From Actinomycetota bacterium (lineage in GTDB: Bacteria > Actinomycetota > Acidimicrobiia > Acidimicrobiales > Ilumatobacteraceae), in the NCBI GenBank assembly GCA_963169215.1, contig CAUJEE010000124.1:523-64522 (forward strand): 64,000 bases of DNA, read 5' to 3'. The translations under genes and the position numbers were made by a program. The stretch's first letter is position 1; each line of letters opens with the position of its first letter. Shown here in pieces: positions 46,722-59,951 of this stretch. The notes under the pieces are model-generated. The model was not told where the DNA came from, did not search any database, and saw only the letters and a list, made by a program, of their open reading frames with translations.

Positions 46722-48488
46722 TCACGCGTCTCCTTCTCCTGCCCGACCTGCCCCTTCCAGCCACCCTAGCAATGCCTCCGCGCTCGCATCTGCACGATCT
46801 GGCGTCTCGATGTCCTCCAACGCCAGGCGGGCCTCGCGGGCGGCGCGTAGCCGCTCGGCGTCGTCGGTGGACACCCCCTGCGCCAACCTGCGGCGCACCG
46901 CAGCGGCGATCAGATTGCGCGCCTCGATCACCGGCTCGGCGTCGACGTCGATCACCGACGCGCGCTCGATCAACTCGCGAGCTTCCGGGTCGGCCAACTC
47001 GAGCGCCTTGTCGATGTCGGGCCCGGCTTGTGAGATCGCGACGAATGCCCGGCGGGCGACATCGGTGGCGAACAGGTCCTCCACCAGCCACGGGGCGATG
47101 TCGTCCCAGCGCTGCAGCAGCATGGCGATGGCGACGAACTCGGCGTTCTCCGCGCTGCCCACGCGGCGCGGAGGTGCAACCCGCACCACGGGCGCCTTGG
47201 CACGTCGCTCGGCCAGCGCCACCAGGTCGCCGGGCGGCAAGCCGGTGTGGGTCGCCGCCTGCGCCGCGTAGAGCTTGCGCACCTCCAAGTTGGGGTGTTC
47301 GTTGATCACCGCCATCGCCTCGCCGGCCACCTGCGCCCTGTCCTCCGGCGACCGCAACTGGCGAGCATTGAGCACCCGGTTGAGGCGGAAGCCGAGGAAC
47401 GGCAAGGCGTGGTGCACGGCATCGGCCAGAGCGTCGGGATCGCTCACGCTGAGATCGCCCGGGTCCTTGCCCTGCGGGAAGCGGGCCACGCTGACGCGCA
47501 CCTGGTAGCGCTCTTCCCACTCGTAGAATCGCTGCGCAGCCCCCTGGCCCGCGGCGTCGGCATCGAAGGCCAGCACCACCTGGGTGGCATAGCGCTTCAA
47601 CAGTCGCACGTGGTCCTCCGTCAGCGCGGTGCCACAGGTGGCCACCGCCCGCTTCACGCCTGCGCGGTGGAACCCGATCACGTCGGTGTAGCCCTCGCAC
47701 ACCACCACCTGGTCGGCGGTGACGATGTCGTTCTTGGCCCAGTTCAGCCCGTAGAGCGTCTTCGATTTGGCGTAGATCGCCGTCTCCGACGAGTTCTTGT
47801 ACTTCGCCGGGTCGGTGCTGCCCGGCAGGATGCGCCCGCCGAAGGCGACGGCATCGTTGTTCTCGGTGAAGATCGGGAACATCACCCGCGCGCGGAAGGC
47901 GTCCTGCATCCGCCCGGCCTTGTTGGTGAAGCCCAACCCGGTGTCGCGCAGCAAGTCGGCGGCAACACCGAGGGCGGTGCACAGTGCATCCCAATCGTCG
48001 GGTGCCCAGCCCAACTTGAAGGTGCGTGCCGTCTCGCCCGCCAGGCCGCGCTTGCGCAGGTAGTCACGGGCCTCACGCGCGTCGGGAGAGTTGAGCAGCC
48101 GGTCGTGGTACCAGTCGACGGCGCCGGCCATCGCCGCCACCAATTGTCTGCGCCGCGCCCGCTGGCGATCGCCGGCGTCGCCCGTCGTGTGCCGCAACTC
48201 GATCCCCGCCCTGACCGCAAGGTTCTCGGCCGCGGTTACGAAGTCGACGTGCTCGACGTCCATCACGAACTTGAACACGTCGCCGCTCGCGTCGCACCCG
48301 AAGCACTTGTAGCGGCCCGTCTCGTCGCGCACGTTGAACGAGCCGGTGCGCTCGGCGTGGAAGGGGCACAACCCGACCCAGTTGCGCCCTACCCGGCGCA
48401 GGGCGACGTATTGCTGCACGACATCCGACAGCACCAGCGACGCCTTCAGCCGTTCGAGGTCTTCGTCGACGATCGCCATCGGCGCCAC
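46722..48488 (-). CDS. dnaG: DNA primase
   Basis: Zn finger [19 protein letters not shown], and TOPRIM motifs VVCEGYTDV and DADAAG. Confidence 0.93.
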   Translation of the reverse strand: MAPMAIVDEDLERLKASLVLSDVVQQYVALRRVGRNWVGLCPFHAERTGSFNVRDETGRYKCFGCDASGDVFKFVMDVEHVDFVTAAENLAVRAGIELRHTTGDAGDRQRARRRQLVAAMAGAVDWYHDRLLNSPDAREARDYLRKRGLAGETARTFKLGWAPDDWDALCTALGVAADLLRDTGLGFTNKAGRMQDAFRARVMFPIFTENNDAVAFGGRILPGSTDPAKYKNSSETAIYAKSKTLYGLNWAKNDIVTADQVVVCEGYTDVIGFHRAGVKRAVATCGTALTEDHVRLLKRYATQVVLAFDADAAGQGAAQRFYEWEERYQVRVSVARFPQGKDPGDLSVSDPDALADAVHHALPFLGFRLNRVLNARQLRSPEDRAQVAGEAMAVINEHPNLEVRKLYAAQAATHTGLPPGDLVALAERRAKAPVVRVAPPRRVGSAENAEFVAIAMLLQRWDDIAPWLVEDLFATDVARRAFVAISQAGPDIDKALELADPEARELIERASVIDVDAEPVIEARNLIAAAVRRRLAQGVSTDDAERLRAAREARLALEDIETPDRADASAEALLGWLEGAGRAGEGDA

Positions 48489-48533
48489 CCTACTGGCGAC
48501 ATCCGACGGGTGGTCCCGCAGCCGTACGATCTG

Positions 48534-49592
48534 TCAGCCGCCGTCGTTGCCCGCCCCGCCAGCCTCGTCATCGCTGTGGCCGGCGACCGTCCAGTCGATC
48601 GTGTCGGGCGGAATCTCGATCGTGTCGGCGCCGCGATCGGCCTTCACCGAGAAGCCCACCGCCGCGAACAGCACCAGGGCGATCACCGTGAGCGAGAGCC
48701 AGGTAGGGATGTGATACCACTCGTGGATCACCATCTTGATGCCGACGAAGGCGAGGATGATTGCCAGGCCCTCCTGCAGGTAGCTGAACCTGGCGTGCAT
48801 GTCGGCGAGCAGGAAGTACAACGCGCGCAGACCGAGGATCGCGAAGGCGTTGGAGGCGAACACGATGAACTGTTCGTGGCTCACGGCCAACACGGCCGGC
48901 ACCGAGTCGACGGCGAACAGCACGTCGGTCATCTCGATCAGCAGCAACACGGCGAACAGCGGGGTGGCAAAGCGCTTGCCGTTCACCCGCGTGAACATCT
49001 TCTGCCCGTCGAGTTCGTCGTGCATCGGCACGAAGCGGTGCACCAACTTCAAGAACTTGCTCTTCGACGGATCGACGTGTTCGTCTTCGCTCACCACCAG
49101 TTTCACCGCGGTGAACAGCAAGAACGCACCGAACACGTAGAGCACCCAATCGAACTTCTCGATCAACGCGATGCCGGCGAAGATGAACACTGCGCGTAGC
49201 ACCAGCGCGCCGAAGATGCCCCAGAACAGCACCCTGTGCTGGTAGCGCGGCGGCACCGAGAAGTAGCTGAGGATCAGCGCCCACACGAACACGTTGTCGA
49301 TGCTGAGGCTCTTCTCGATGAGATAGCCGGAGTAGTACTCGCCCGCGGCGCTGCCACCGAAACCCCACCACACCGCCAGACCGAACAGCAGACCGACCGA
49401 GATCCACGCCGCCGACTCGATTGCGGCCTCGCGCACATGGACGTCGTGGCCCTCTTTGTGCACCACCAGCAGGTCGAGCAACAACAGCGCGCCGATCAGG
49501 GCGAGCAGGCCGATCCACCACGCGGCAGATACGTCGAGGTCGACGAAGCGACGCCCCGAGTCGGACTCGGCCAGCAGCAAGGTGGTGGGCAC
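48534..49592 (-). CDS. terC: TerC-family integral membrane protein
   Basis: YLIEKSLSIDNVFV, a second repeat MTDVLFAVDSVPAV, and a polytopic profile. Confidence 0.88.
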   Translation of the reverse strand: MPTTLLLAESDSGRRFVDLDVSAAWWIGLLALIGALLLLDLLVVHKEGHDVHVREAAIESAAWISVGLLFGLAVWWGFGGSAAGEYYSGYLIEKSLSIDNVFVWALILSYFSVPPRYQHRVLFWGIFGALVLRAVFIFAGIALIEKFDWVLYVFGAFLLFTAVKLVVSEDEHVDPSKSKFLKLVHRFVPMHDELDGQKMFTRVNGKRFATPLFAVLLLIEMTDVLFAVDSVPAVLAVSHEQFIVFASNAFAILGLRALYFLLADMHARFSYLQEGLAIILAFVGIKMVIHEWYHIPTWLSLTVIALVLFAAVGFSVKADRGADTIEIPPDTIDWTVAGHSDDEAGGAGNDGG

Positions 49593-49695
49593 AGCTCAGT
49601 CGCGTCCGCCCAGGCCGCGGGCGACCCCATAGGCTGATCCTTGTCGCGTTGCTACGTGCATGACGTTGACCTCACTTGCGCGATGCGGCTGATAT

Positions 49696-52350
<2,655 letters not shown>

Positions 52351-52414
52351 GGCGGGCAAGTCTACGGCGCAGCCGCGATTCGGGAGGGGTCGATCAGCCG
52401 TAGGCTCGTCGGCA

Positions 52415-53641
52415 GTGGCCACCCCCTCACCTGTACCGGCATTCAGAGTGTTCGGTTTCCCGGTGCATGTGCGCACCGGCTTCTTGTTGTTCATGGCCCT
52501 CGTGGTGTTGATCAACGGCACCGACATCGGCCTGTGGCTGGCGGGGTTCATGGCCTTGTTCACACTGGTGCACGAACTTGGGCATGCCTTCGCGGCCCGC
52601 GCCACCGGCGCGCAGGCCGAGATCGCGCTCGATTTCATGGCCGGTTACGCGGCCTTCGTGCCCACTCGCCCACTCGCCCGGTGGGAGCGGGCGGGCATCT
52701 CCCTGGCCGGTCCGGCGGCGCAGATCGTCATCGGCGGGGCGACTTACCTCGCGATGCACGGCGAGTGGTCGCTGCCCCAGGCCGACCAGCACCTGCAGAT
52801 CGCGGTGCTGTGGGCCGGGCCGGTGATCGGCGCGTTCAACCTGATCCCCGTGCTGCCCTTCGATGGCGGGAACATCCTCGAACAGTTGGTGTCGCTGTTC
52901 ACCCCCCACAACGCGCGGCGGGTGATGATCTGGTTCACCGTCGCTGTTGTCGGCTGTGCAGTGGTGTACTCGACGCTCAATCCCGCCTGGCGGCCGTACA
53001 CCATCTTCATGATCATCCCGCTGCTGTCGGTGGCGCAGATGCGCTCGCCCGCCCGCGACACGCAGAGTCGCGCCACCCAGCAGCAGATCGCGAGGGCGGA
53101 GGCACTCGCCTGGGCCACCGGCGACGTGAGCCGCTTCCCGGCCGGCGCGGTGCCGTCACCGTGGTTCCGCGCCCACCAGCAACTAACCCAAGGCAACGCC
53201 GCAGTCGCCCGCGACCTGCTGCTCGACGACCTGCGCGACGACGGCCCGGCCGACTGGTGGCCACCCGATGCCGCGCCACGCGAGGCGCTCGAGCAGGTGG
53301 CCGCGCTGCTACCGGCGTCGCTGCCGGTGCGCGGAGCCTTCCGTGCCTACGTGCTGGCCGACGTGCTGCTACGCGTCGGCCGCTACGAACAGGCTGCGGC
53401 CCACGCGGCCAAGGCCTACGGCAGCACCAACGCGCCGATGCACGCCATCCAGGTCGCCCGGGCCGCGGCGGCACTCGGCGACTCATCTGTAGCGCTCGGC
53501 TGGCTGCGTGCCGCGACGGGTGCCGTCGGCACCGGTCAGATCGCGCGCGAGGCGCTCATCACTGCGGTGGCCGCGGCACACGAGTTCGACGCGCTGCGCC
53601 ACGACGGCGAGTTCGTGCAAGCGCTCGCCGCCGCTCGCTGA
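52415..53641 (+). CDS. M50-family (site-2-protease-like) membrane metalloprotease with an Ala-rich soluble C-terminal half
   Basis: HELGHAFAA and NLIPVLPFDGG. Confidence 0.8.
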   Translation: MATPSPVPAFRVFGFPVHVRTGFLLFMALVVLINGTDIGLWLAGFMALFTLVHELGHAFAARATGAQAEIALDFMAGYAAFVPTRPLARWERAGISLAGPAAQIVIGGATYLAMHGEWSLPQADQHLQIAVLWAGPVIGAFNLIPVLPFDGGNILEQLVSLFTPHNARRVMIWFTVAVVGCAVVYSTLNPAWRPYTIFMIIPLLSVAQMRSPARDTQSRATQQQIARAEALAWATGDVSRFPAGAVPSPWFRAHQQLTQGNAAVARDLLLDDLRDDGPADWWPPDAAPREALEQVAALLPASLPVRGAFRAYVLADVLLRVGRYEQAAAHAAKAYGSTNAPMHAIQVARAAAALGDSSVALGWLRAATGAVGTGQIAREALITAVAAAHEFDALRHDGEFVQALAAAR

Positions 53642-53689
53642 CCCGACGCGAGCTGCCTCCCACCGCGGATCGCCTAGCGTCGACACCAC

Positions 53690-54391
53690 ATGGATACCCG
53701 CCCGCCCGCCACCCGTCGTCGCCCCCGCCAGGCGCGCGCCGCCGAGACCCGCCGGCGCCTGCTCGACACAGCCTTCCAGGCATTCGCGGCCAAGGGCTTC
53801 GACCGGGTGAACCTCGTCGACGACGTGCTCGAGCCTGCAGGCATCAGCATCGGCAGCTTCTACCATCAGTTCGCCGACAAGACCGAACTGCTCGGCGAGG
53901 TATTGGCCGAGGCCGCGGCGCGGCGGAGGGCGTTCATCGCCGGGCTCGGCAGCCTCGATCGCGGCGCCGACCTCGAGTCGGACGTGAGATCTGTGGTGGA
54001 GCGACTGTTCGACAGCCTCGAGACCGATGGCGCGGCCTGGCAGTTGCAGCGAGCGACGCGCATCGCCACCTCCGGCAGCGCCCGCCAGCTCGGTGCCAGC
54101 GAGCGCGACAAGTGGATCGAAGGTCTCGCGACGATGCTGGCTGCTTGGTACGGAGCACCCTCCTCCACCCGCCGGGCCGCGTCTGATCTGGTGATCACCT
54201 TCGCCCGTGGCCTGATCGCCGAGCATCTCGACACTCCCGTCGACAAGCGTCGCGATCGTGCGCAGTGGGCCACGGAAGCGACCGCGTTCATCGTCGGCGG
54301 GCTCGTTGCCATCCTCGGCGAGGCGACCCCCACGCCCGTCACCCACCCATCCCACAGTTCGCCGAAGGTGGGCCGGCTGCGATCGCGCTGA
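53690..54391 (+). CDS. TetR-family transcriptional regulator
   Basis: N-terminal HTH region RRRLLDTAFQAFAAKGFDRVNLVDDVLEPAGISIGSFYHQFADKTEL. Confidence 0.85.
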   Translation: MDTRPPATRRRPRQARAAETRRRLLDTAFQAFAAKGFDRVNLVDDVLEPAGISIGSFYHQFADKTELLGEVLAEAAARRRAFIAGLGSLDRGADLESDVRSVVERLFDSLETDGAAWQLQRATRIATSGSARQLGASERDKWIEGLATMLAAWYGAPSSTRRAASDLVITFARGLIAEHLDTPVDKRRDRAQWATEATAFIVGGLVAILGEATPTPVTHPSHSSPKVGRLRSR

Positions 54392-54420
54392 CTGTCGACC
54401 TTTCGACTGTGTTTTGCCTC

Positions 54421-54460
54421 TTGACGGGGCTCACAGGGTAATTAGAATTCAGATTCTAAT
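54421..54460 (+). promoter_or_regulatory. Promoter (TTGACG-16 nt-TAGAAT) overlapped by a perfect 8-4-8 inverted repeat ATTAGAAT-TCAG-ATTCTAAT (candidate TetR operator)
   Basis: -35 at 54421-54426 and -10 at 54443-54448. The inverted-repeat arms are at 54441-54448 and 54453-54460. This is a striking AT-rich island about 20 nt upstream of the SBP start. Confidence 0.65.
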
Positions 54461-54480
54461 CACGGAGCTTGGGGGGACAG

Positions 54481-56082
54481 ATGAGGGTGCAGGGACGACG
54501 CCTCGCAGGTTTGGCATTTTCGGCGTTGCTGCTGTCGCTGGCAGCGTGCGGCGGCGGCAGCAGCAGTGACGGGGCCACCGAGACCGAGCCGCGCAGCACG
54601 GTCACGATCAGCGACTCCCCCATGGTTACCGCCGGCGACACGACGCCCGCGACCGTGGCACCGCCCAGCGGGTCGATCACCGTCGGGGTAGCCACCGATC
54701 TGCAGACGCTCGATCCGCACCTCGCCCAACCGGCCCAGCTGCACTACCTCGACCTGGTGTACGACGCTCTCACCAAAGTGGGCACGAGCGGTGCCGTCGA
54801 ACCGAACCTCGCCTCCTCACTGACTTCCGACGACCTCACCACCTGGACCGCCACGATCGCCGACGGTGCGACCTTCTCCGATGGCACGCCGGTGGACGCA
54901 GCGGCGGTCGTCTATTCGCTGGACCGCGGCAAGGCGACCACCGAGAGCCCTTCGGCGCCGCTGTTCGCGCAGATCGACTCCGTCGAGGCAACCGACGATT
55001 CGACGGTGACGATCGTGCTCACCGCACCAAACGTCGCGTTTGCCCGCGACATGGCCGGCCTCGCAGGAATGATCGTCAATCCCGCGTCCGAAGGCTCCGA
55101 CCTCAGCCGCGCCCCGGCGGGTGCAGGTCCGTTCACATTCGACGCGTCGGGGTCGGTGGAAGGTTCGGAGTACAAGTACGACGCGCGCACCGACTACTGG
55201 GGCACCGGTGTCGGAGTCGAGCACGTGTCCCTCCAGTTGATCATCGACCCCTCCGCGCGGGTGAACGCGCTGGTGTCGGGGCAGATCGATATCGCGGCCG
55301 AGCTCGGCCCCGCCGATCAGACCAAGGTCGGCGATGCCGAGGTGGTGCTCGCCCCCACCAGCGAGCAGCTCTATATCCAGGTGATCGACTCCGACGGCAG
55401 CAAGGTGCCGGCGCTGGGCGATCCGCTTGTGCGTCAGGCGATGTCGTACGCGATCGATCGCGAGGGTGTCAACAAGGCGATCATGTTGGGCGGCGGCATC
55501 CCCACCACCGCGTGGTTCGCCGAGGGCTCGCCCTACTACCTGGCCGAGGTCGACGGCGTCGGCTACGACCTCGACAGGGCGCGCGAGCTCCTCGCCGACG
55601 CGGGCTACGCCGATGGGTTCGAGTTCGACACCCCCACGGTCGAGGCACTGCGTCCTGTCACCGAGGCCGTCGCCGGCTCGCTGGCCCAGATCGGCATCAA
55701 GATGAACATCAAGATGCAACAACCGGGAACACTCGGCCAGCAAGTGCGCGACGGGCAGTGGGCTGCCAGCCTCACCATCACCCGCGGCCAGACGCCGCCG
55801 GTGTTCTACTCTGAACGTCTCACCGCTGATGCCCCGTTCAACCCGTTCAACGCGCAGCGCACGACTGTCACCGATCTCGGCGAGCAAGCCCTGGCCGCGA
55901 CGACCGAGGCAGAGGCCGTGTCGCTGTGGGCGCAGGCCTATGCCGAAGCCGTCAAGCAGGGCTACATGATCGTCGTCGCCCACGTCACCACCGGGGCGGG
56001 GGTTGCCTCAGGGGTGAGCGGCGCGCAGGTGCTGTTCGGCTCGCTGATCCCCGACCTGCGCTCCGTTCGCGTAGACGGCTGA
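54481..56082 (+). CDS. ABC transporter substrate-binding lipoprotein, family 5 (peptide/nickel/opine type)
   Basis: MRVQGRRLAGLAFSALLLSLAAC lipobox, with a DppA/OppA-like body. Confidence 0.85.
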   Translation: MRVQGRRLAGLAFSALLLSLAACGGGSSSDGATETEPRSTVTISDSPMVTAGDTTPATVAPPSGSITVGVATDLQTLDPHLAQPAQLHYLDLVYDALTKVGTSGAVEPNLASSLTSDDLTTWTATIADGATFSDGTPVDAAAVVYSLDRGKATTESPSAPLFAQIDSVEATDDSTVTIVLTAPNVAFARDMAGLAGMIVNPASEGSDLSRAPAGAGPFTFDASGSVEGSEYKYDARTDYWGTGVGVEHVSLQLIIDPSARVNALVSGQIDIAAELGPADQTKVGDAEVVLAPTSEQLYIQVIDSDGSKVPALGDPLVRQAMSYAIDREGVNKAIMLGGGIPTTAWFAEGSPYYLAEVDGVGYDLDRARELLADAGYADGFEFDTPTVEALRPVTEAVAGSLAQIGIKMNIKMQQPGTLGQQVRDGQWAASLTITRGQTPPVFYSERLTADAPFNPFNAQRTTVTDLGEQALAATTEAEAVSLWAQAYAEAVKQGYMIVVAHVTTGAGVASGVSGAQVLFGSLIPDLRSVRVDG

Positions 56083-56137
56083 CAATGAGCGCACCCGCCA
56101 CGACGCAGGTCGGGTCGGGCGCCACGAGCGCGATCCG

Positions 56138-57082
56138 ATGCTGACCTTCATCCTCCGCCGGGTGTTGGCCGTGATCCCGCTCGTCGTCATCGCCACGGCG
56201 GCGACGTTCTTCATGCTGCAATTGTCCGACGTCGACCCGGCCGTGCTGCGCCTCGGCGACTCGGCCACCGAGGAGCAGTACGGCGAGGTGCGCGCCGAGC
56301 TGGGTACCGATCGGCCGGCTGTCGTGCAGTACGTCGACTGGCTGTCGCACGCCGCGCGCTTCGACTTCGGCGAGTCGTGGAAGCGGCCCGTACCGGTGAT
56401 GACAATGGTGCATCAACGCATGCCCGCCACTCTCTCGCTCACCCTCGGCGCAGTGCTGGTGACGATCCTCATCGGGCTGCCGCTCGGTATCGCGTCCGGC
56501 GTGCGCGCCGGCTCCACAGCCGACTCGGTGATCACCGCGACTGCATCGATCGGGCAGGCGATGCCCGCGTTCTGGACCGGCCTGCTGCTCGCCGCCTACG
56601 TCGCCATACCAACCGGATGGTTCCCAGCCACGGGTTTCGTCGGCCCGACCGCCTCTGTCGGTGATTGGGCACGCTCGATCATCCTGCCCTCGATCGCGCT
56701 CGGCATCAGTGGGGCCGCTGCCTTGGCGCGCCAGACCCGCGCTGCCGTTGCCGGCGTGCTGCGGCAGCCGTATGTGCGCACAGCTGTGTCGGTGGGGTAT
56801 TCGCGCCGGTCGATCCTCGGCTCGGACGTGTTGCGCAACGCGGCGATACCGATCGTCACCGTTCTCGGCGTGCAGGTCTCGCTGCTGCTCGGGGGCTCGC
56901 TGATCGTCGAGCAGGTCTTCGTCGTGCCCGGCCTCGGCTCTCTCGCGTTCAGCGCGATCCTGGAGAAAGACCTACCGGTGGTGCTCGCCGTCGTGACCGT
57001 CGCCGCGCTGCTGGTGACAGTCGTGCAACTGGCACTCGACGTGCTGTACGGCGCGCTCGACCCGCGGGTGAGGGTGCGATGA
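56138..57082 (+). CDS. ABC transporter permease (DppB-like)
   Basis: MLTFILRRVLAVIPLVVIAT..., an EAA-type loop, and 6 TM segments. Confidence 0.88.
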   Translation: MLTFILRRVLAVIPLVVIATAATFFMLQLSDVDPAVLRLGDSATEEQYGEVRAELGTDRPAVVQYVDWLSHAARFDFGESWKRPVPVMTMVHQRMPATLSLTLGAVLVTILIGLPLGIASGVRAGSTADSVITATASIGQAMPAFWTGLLLAAYVAIPTGWFPATGFVGPTASVGDWARSIILPSIALGISGAAALARQTRAAVAGVLRQPYVRTAVSVGYSRRSILGSDVLRNAAIPIVTVLGVQVSLLLGGSLIVEQVFVVPGLGSLAFSAILEKDLPVVLAVVTVAALLVTVVQLALDVLYGALDPRVRVR

Positions 57083-58959
57083 AGGCCGGGCGCGGCAGGC
57101 GCATCGTCATCGGTGTGGCCGCGTTCGAGGTGGCCGCAGTCATCGTGGCCGCCATCGCGTCGCCATGGGTCGGCAAGAACACCAGCCCGTCGACGCTCTC
57201 CGACAGCCTCGCCGAGCCGAGCTGGAACCATCTGCTCGGCGCCGACCAGCAGGGCCGCGACGTTCTGGTGCGCATCATCCAGGGGGCCCGCATCGCTTTG
57301 CTGGCGGCGACAGAGGCCACCTTGGTGGCCGTCCTCATCGGCATTCCGCTCGGCCTGCTGATCGGCTTTCGCGGCGGACGGGTCGATCTCGTCGCGATGC
57401 GCCTGATCGACAGCATCTCGTCGATCCCCGGCGTCGTGTTGGCGATCGCCCTCATCGCCACCCTCGGCACCGGGCTGTCGCGGTCGATGCTCGCCGTGGG
57501 TCTGGTGTTCTCGATGGTCATGGCGCGTATCGCTCGCGGGCAGGTGCTGGCCGAGCGCGAGCGGCAATACGTCGACGGCGCGCGGGTGGTCGGAGTGCGC
57601 AGGCGTGGCCTGCTGTTCGGGCATGTCCTCCCCAACGTCGCGCCCGCGCTGATCGTGCAGGCCACCCTCGTGTTCTCCGCGGCGATCGCGATCGAGGCCG
57701 GCCTGTCGTTCATCGGCCTGGGTGTGCAACCCCCCACCGCGAGCTGGGGCATCATGCTCGCCGACGCCCAGGACGTGAAGGAGATCAGCCCCTTCCAGTC
57801 GGTGCCACCCGGCGCGGCCATCCTGCTCACCGTGCTTGCGATCAACGTACTCGGCGACTTCCTGCAGGGATTGGTGGTCGGCAACCAGCGCAGCGGGGAG
57901 GGCACCGTCCTCGACGGAGTACGCGTACAGCGCTCCCCCGACGCCGCGCCTGCCCCCGCAGGGGCGTCGCTGGTGGTCGACACACTCGACGTCGCCTACC
58001 GCGGCCGCAACGGCACCATGGTCCGTGCGGTCGACGGAGCGACGCTGCACATCGGACGGGGCGAGGTGCTGGCCATCGTCGGTGAGAGCGGGTGCGGCAA
58101 GAGCAGCCTCGGATTGGGCATCGCCGGCCTGTTGGCACCACCGGCCACGATGCGGGCGCGATCGCTCCGGCTGGTGACCGACGACGGGGAGCACGAACTG
58201 GCTGACCTCGACCCTCGCGACACCAGTTGGCGCCGCCACGTCGCGGTCGTCTTCCAGGAGCCGGCGGCCAGCCTCAATCCGGTGCACAGCGTGGGGCATC
58301 ACCTCCGTCGTGCGCTGCGCCAGCGCGGAGTGGAACCGACGCAACGCGCCGAGCACGCCGAGCGCCTGCTGCGCCAGGTGCACATCGCCGACGCGCCAGA
58401 CGTGTTGCGACGCTACCCGCACCAGCTCTCCGGCGGCATGGCCCAGCGGGTGATGATCGCCCTCGCCCTCGCGCAGAGCCCGGCGGTGCTGGTGGCTGAC
58501 GAGCCGACCACCGCCCTCGACGTGACCGTGCAGGCCGAGATCCTGTCGTTGCTGCGCCAACTGTGCACCGACCTGCACCTGTCGGTCATGCTCATCACCC
58601 ACGACCTTGGCGTGGTGGCCGAACTCGCCGACCGGGTTGCGGTGATGTACGCGGGCCAGGTCGTCGAGACGGGGAGCGTGCTCGACGTCATCGCCACACC
58701 GCTGCATCCGTACACTGCGGCGCTGGCCGCATCGGTGCCGCGCAACGAAGCCGGCATCGGCATCCCCGAACCGCTCGAGGGCAACGTTCCCGAGCCGGGC
58801 CACTGGCCTGCCGGCTGCCGCTTCGCGCCGCGCTGTGTACACGCCGTCGAGGCGTGCCTCGCCGAATCGCCTGTCCTCGCCGGCACGGGTGGCCGCGCCT
58901 TCGCCTGCATCCGGGCCGCCGAGATCAACCTCGTCGGCGTCCCGCCGAGGCGATCATGA
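57079..58959 (+). CDS. Fused ABC permease (DppC-like) and ATP-binding (DppD-like) protein
   Basis: ATG 57079 overlaps the upstream stop. A permease half is followed by [29 protein letters not shown] and an oligopeptide C-terminal Cys motif. Confidence 0.85.
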   Translation: MKAGRGRRIVIGVAAFEVAAVIVAAIASPWVGKNTSPSTLSDSLAEPSWNHLLGADQQGRDVLVRIIQGARIALLAATEATLVAVLIGIPLGLLIGFRGGRVDLVAMRLIDSISSIPGVVLAIALIATLGTGLSRSMLAVGLVFSMVMARIARGQVLAERERQYVDGARVVGVRRRGLLFGHVLPNVAPALIVQATLVFSAAIAIEAGLSFIGLGVQPPTASWGIMLADAQDVKEISPFQSVPPGAAILLTVLAINVLGDFLQGLVVGNQRSGEGTVLDGVRVQRSPDAAPAPAGASLVVDTLDVAYRGRNGTMVRAVDGATLHIGRGEVLAIVGESGCGKSSLGLGIAGLLAPPATMRARSLRLVTDDGEHELADLDPRDTSWRRHVAVVFQEPAASLNPVHSVGHHLRRALRQRGVEPTQRAEHAERLLRQVHIADAPDVLRRYPHQLSGGMAQRVMIALALAQSPAVLVADEPTTALDVTVQAEILSLLRQLCTDLHLSVMLITHDLGVVAELADRVAVMYAGQVVETGSVLDVIATPLHPYTAALAASVPRNEAGIGIPEPLEGNVPEPGHWPAGCRFAPRCVHAVEACLAESPVLAGTGGRAFACIRAAEINLVGVPPRRS

Positions 58960-59951
58960 CGACCACCGACGCTCTCGTGGCACTGCGCGGGGTGACGGTC
59001 ATCTTCCGCAGCACCGGCATCCTCGGCTCGCGCGGCGAACTGACAGCAGTGCGCGATGCCGACCTCACCATCGGCGCCGGCGAAACGGTCGGCCTGGTGG
59101 GCGAGTCGGGATCCGGCAAGACCACACTCGGTCGCGCCATCTTGGGACTGGTGCCGATGGAGCGGGGGACGATCCACGTCGCCGGCGAAGACCTGGCCAC
59201 GGTCGGCCAGCCGTTCCCGGCTCGTATCCGCCGCAAGGTGCAGGCGGTGTTCCAAGACCCGCTGCAGGCGCTCAACCCCCGCCACCGGGTGGAGCGCCTG
59301 GTGGCCGAGCCGCTGCGGATCCACACCGACCTGCGCGGCCGGCAACTGCAGGCGCGAGTAGTCGGCCTGCTCGAGCAGGTGGGGTTGTCGGCAGGTCTTC
59401 TGCGTCGACGCACCAACGAGTTGTCCGGCGGCCAGCGCCAGCGGGTGGCCATCGCCCGTGCGCTCGCCGTCGACCCGCAGGTGTTGGTGCTCGACGAAGC
59501 GGTGAGCGCGCTCGACGTCACCACCGGCGCGCAGATCATCAAGTTGCTCGAGCGTGTTCGTCCCGCGCAGGGCGCGACCCTGTTCATCTCCCACGACATC
59601 GCTCGCGTGCGCAGCGTGTGCAACCGGGTGGCAGTGATGTATCGCGGGCGCATAGTCGAGTTCGGCACCGCCGACGAGATCTGCGGCGACCCGCGACATC
59701 CCTACACACAGTTGCTGGTGGCATCGGTTCCCGACCCTCACCCGCATCGCGTCACCACCGTCGGCCGGGCGTCGTTCACAGTCGACCCGACGGCTCGCGC
59801 CGCTCCCGACGGCTGCCCGTTCGCCCCCCGCTGCCCCCACGCCGACGATCGCTGCGCGGTCTTCCCCGACCCCACCGTGCTCGGCACCCGCGTGGTGCGC
59901 TGCCACCACGTGGCCGACGTAACGACCCACCCGACGGAGGTACCGAGATGA
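58956..59951 (+). CDS. ABC ATP-binding protein (DppF-like)
   Basis: ATG 58956 overlaps the upstream stop. Motifs: [29 protein letters not shown]. Confidence 0.9.
   Translation: MTTTDALVALRGVTVIFRSTGILGSRGELTAVRDADLTIGAGETVGLVGESGSGKTTLGRAILGLVPMERGTIHVAGEDLATVGQPFPARIRRKVQAVFQDPLQALNPRHRVERLVAEPLRIHTDLRGRQLQARVVGLLEQVGLSAGLLRRRTNELSGGQRQRVAIARALAVDPQVLVLDEAVSALDVTTGAQIIKLLERVRPAQGATLFISHDIARVRSVCNRVAVMYRGRIVEFGTADEICGDPRHPYTQLLVASVPDPHPHRVTTVGRASFTVDPTARAAPDGCPFAPRCPHADDRCAVFPDPTVLGTRVVRCHHVADVTTHPTEVPR

Noticed and set aside
49593-49695. A possible yybP-ykoY (Mn) riboswitch upstream of terC, a common association.
   Set aside because: I read the 103-nt leader on the coding strand and found none of the conserved GGGGAGUAG or GAGAGAC-type cores. 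It is only a generic GC-rich sequence. A covariance-model scan would settle it.
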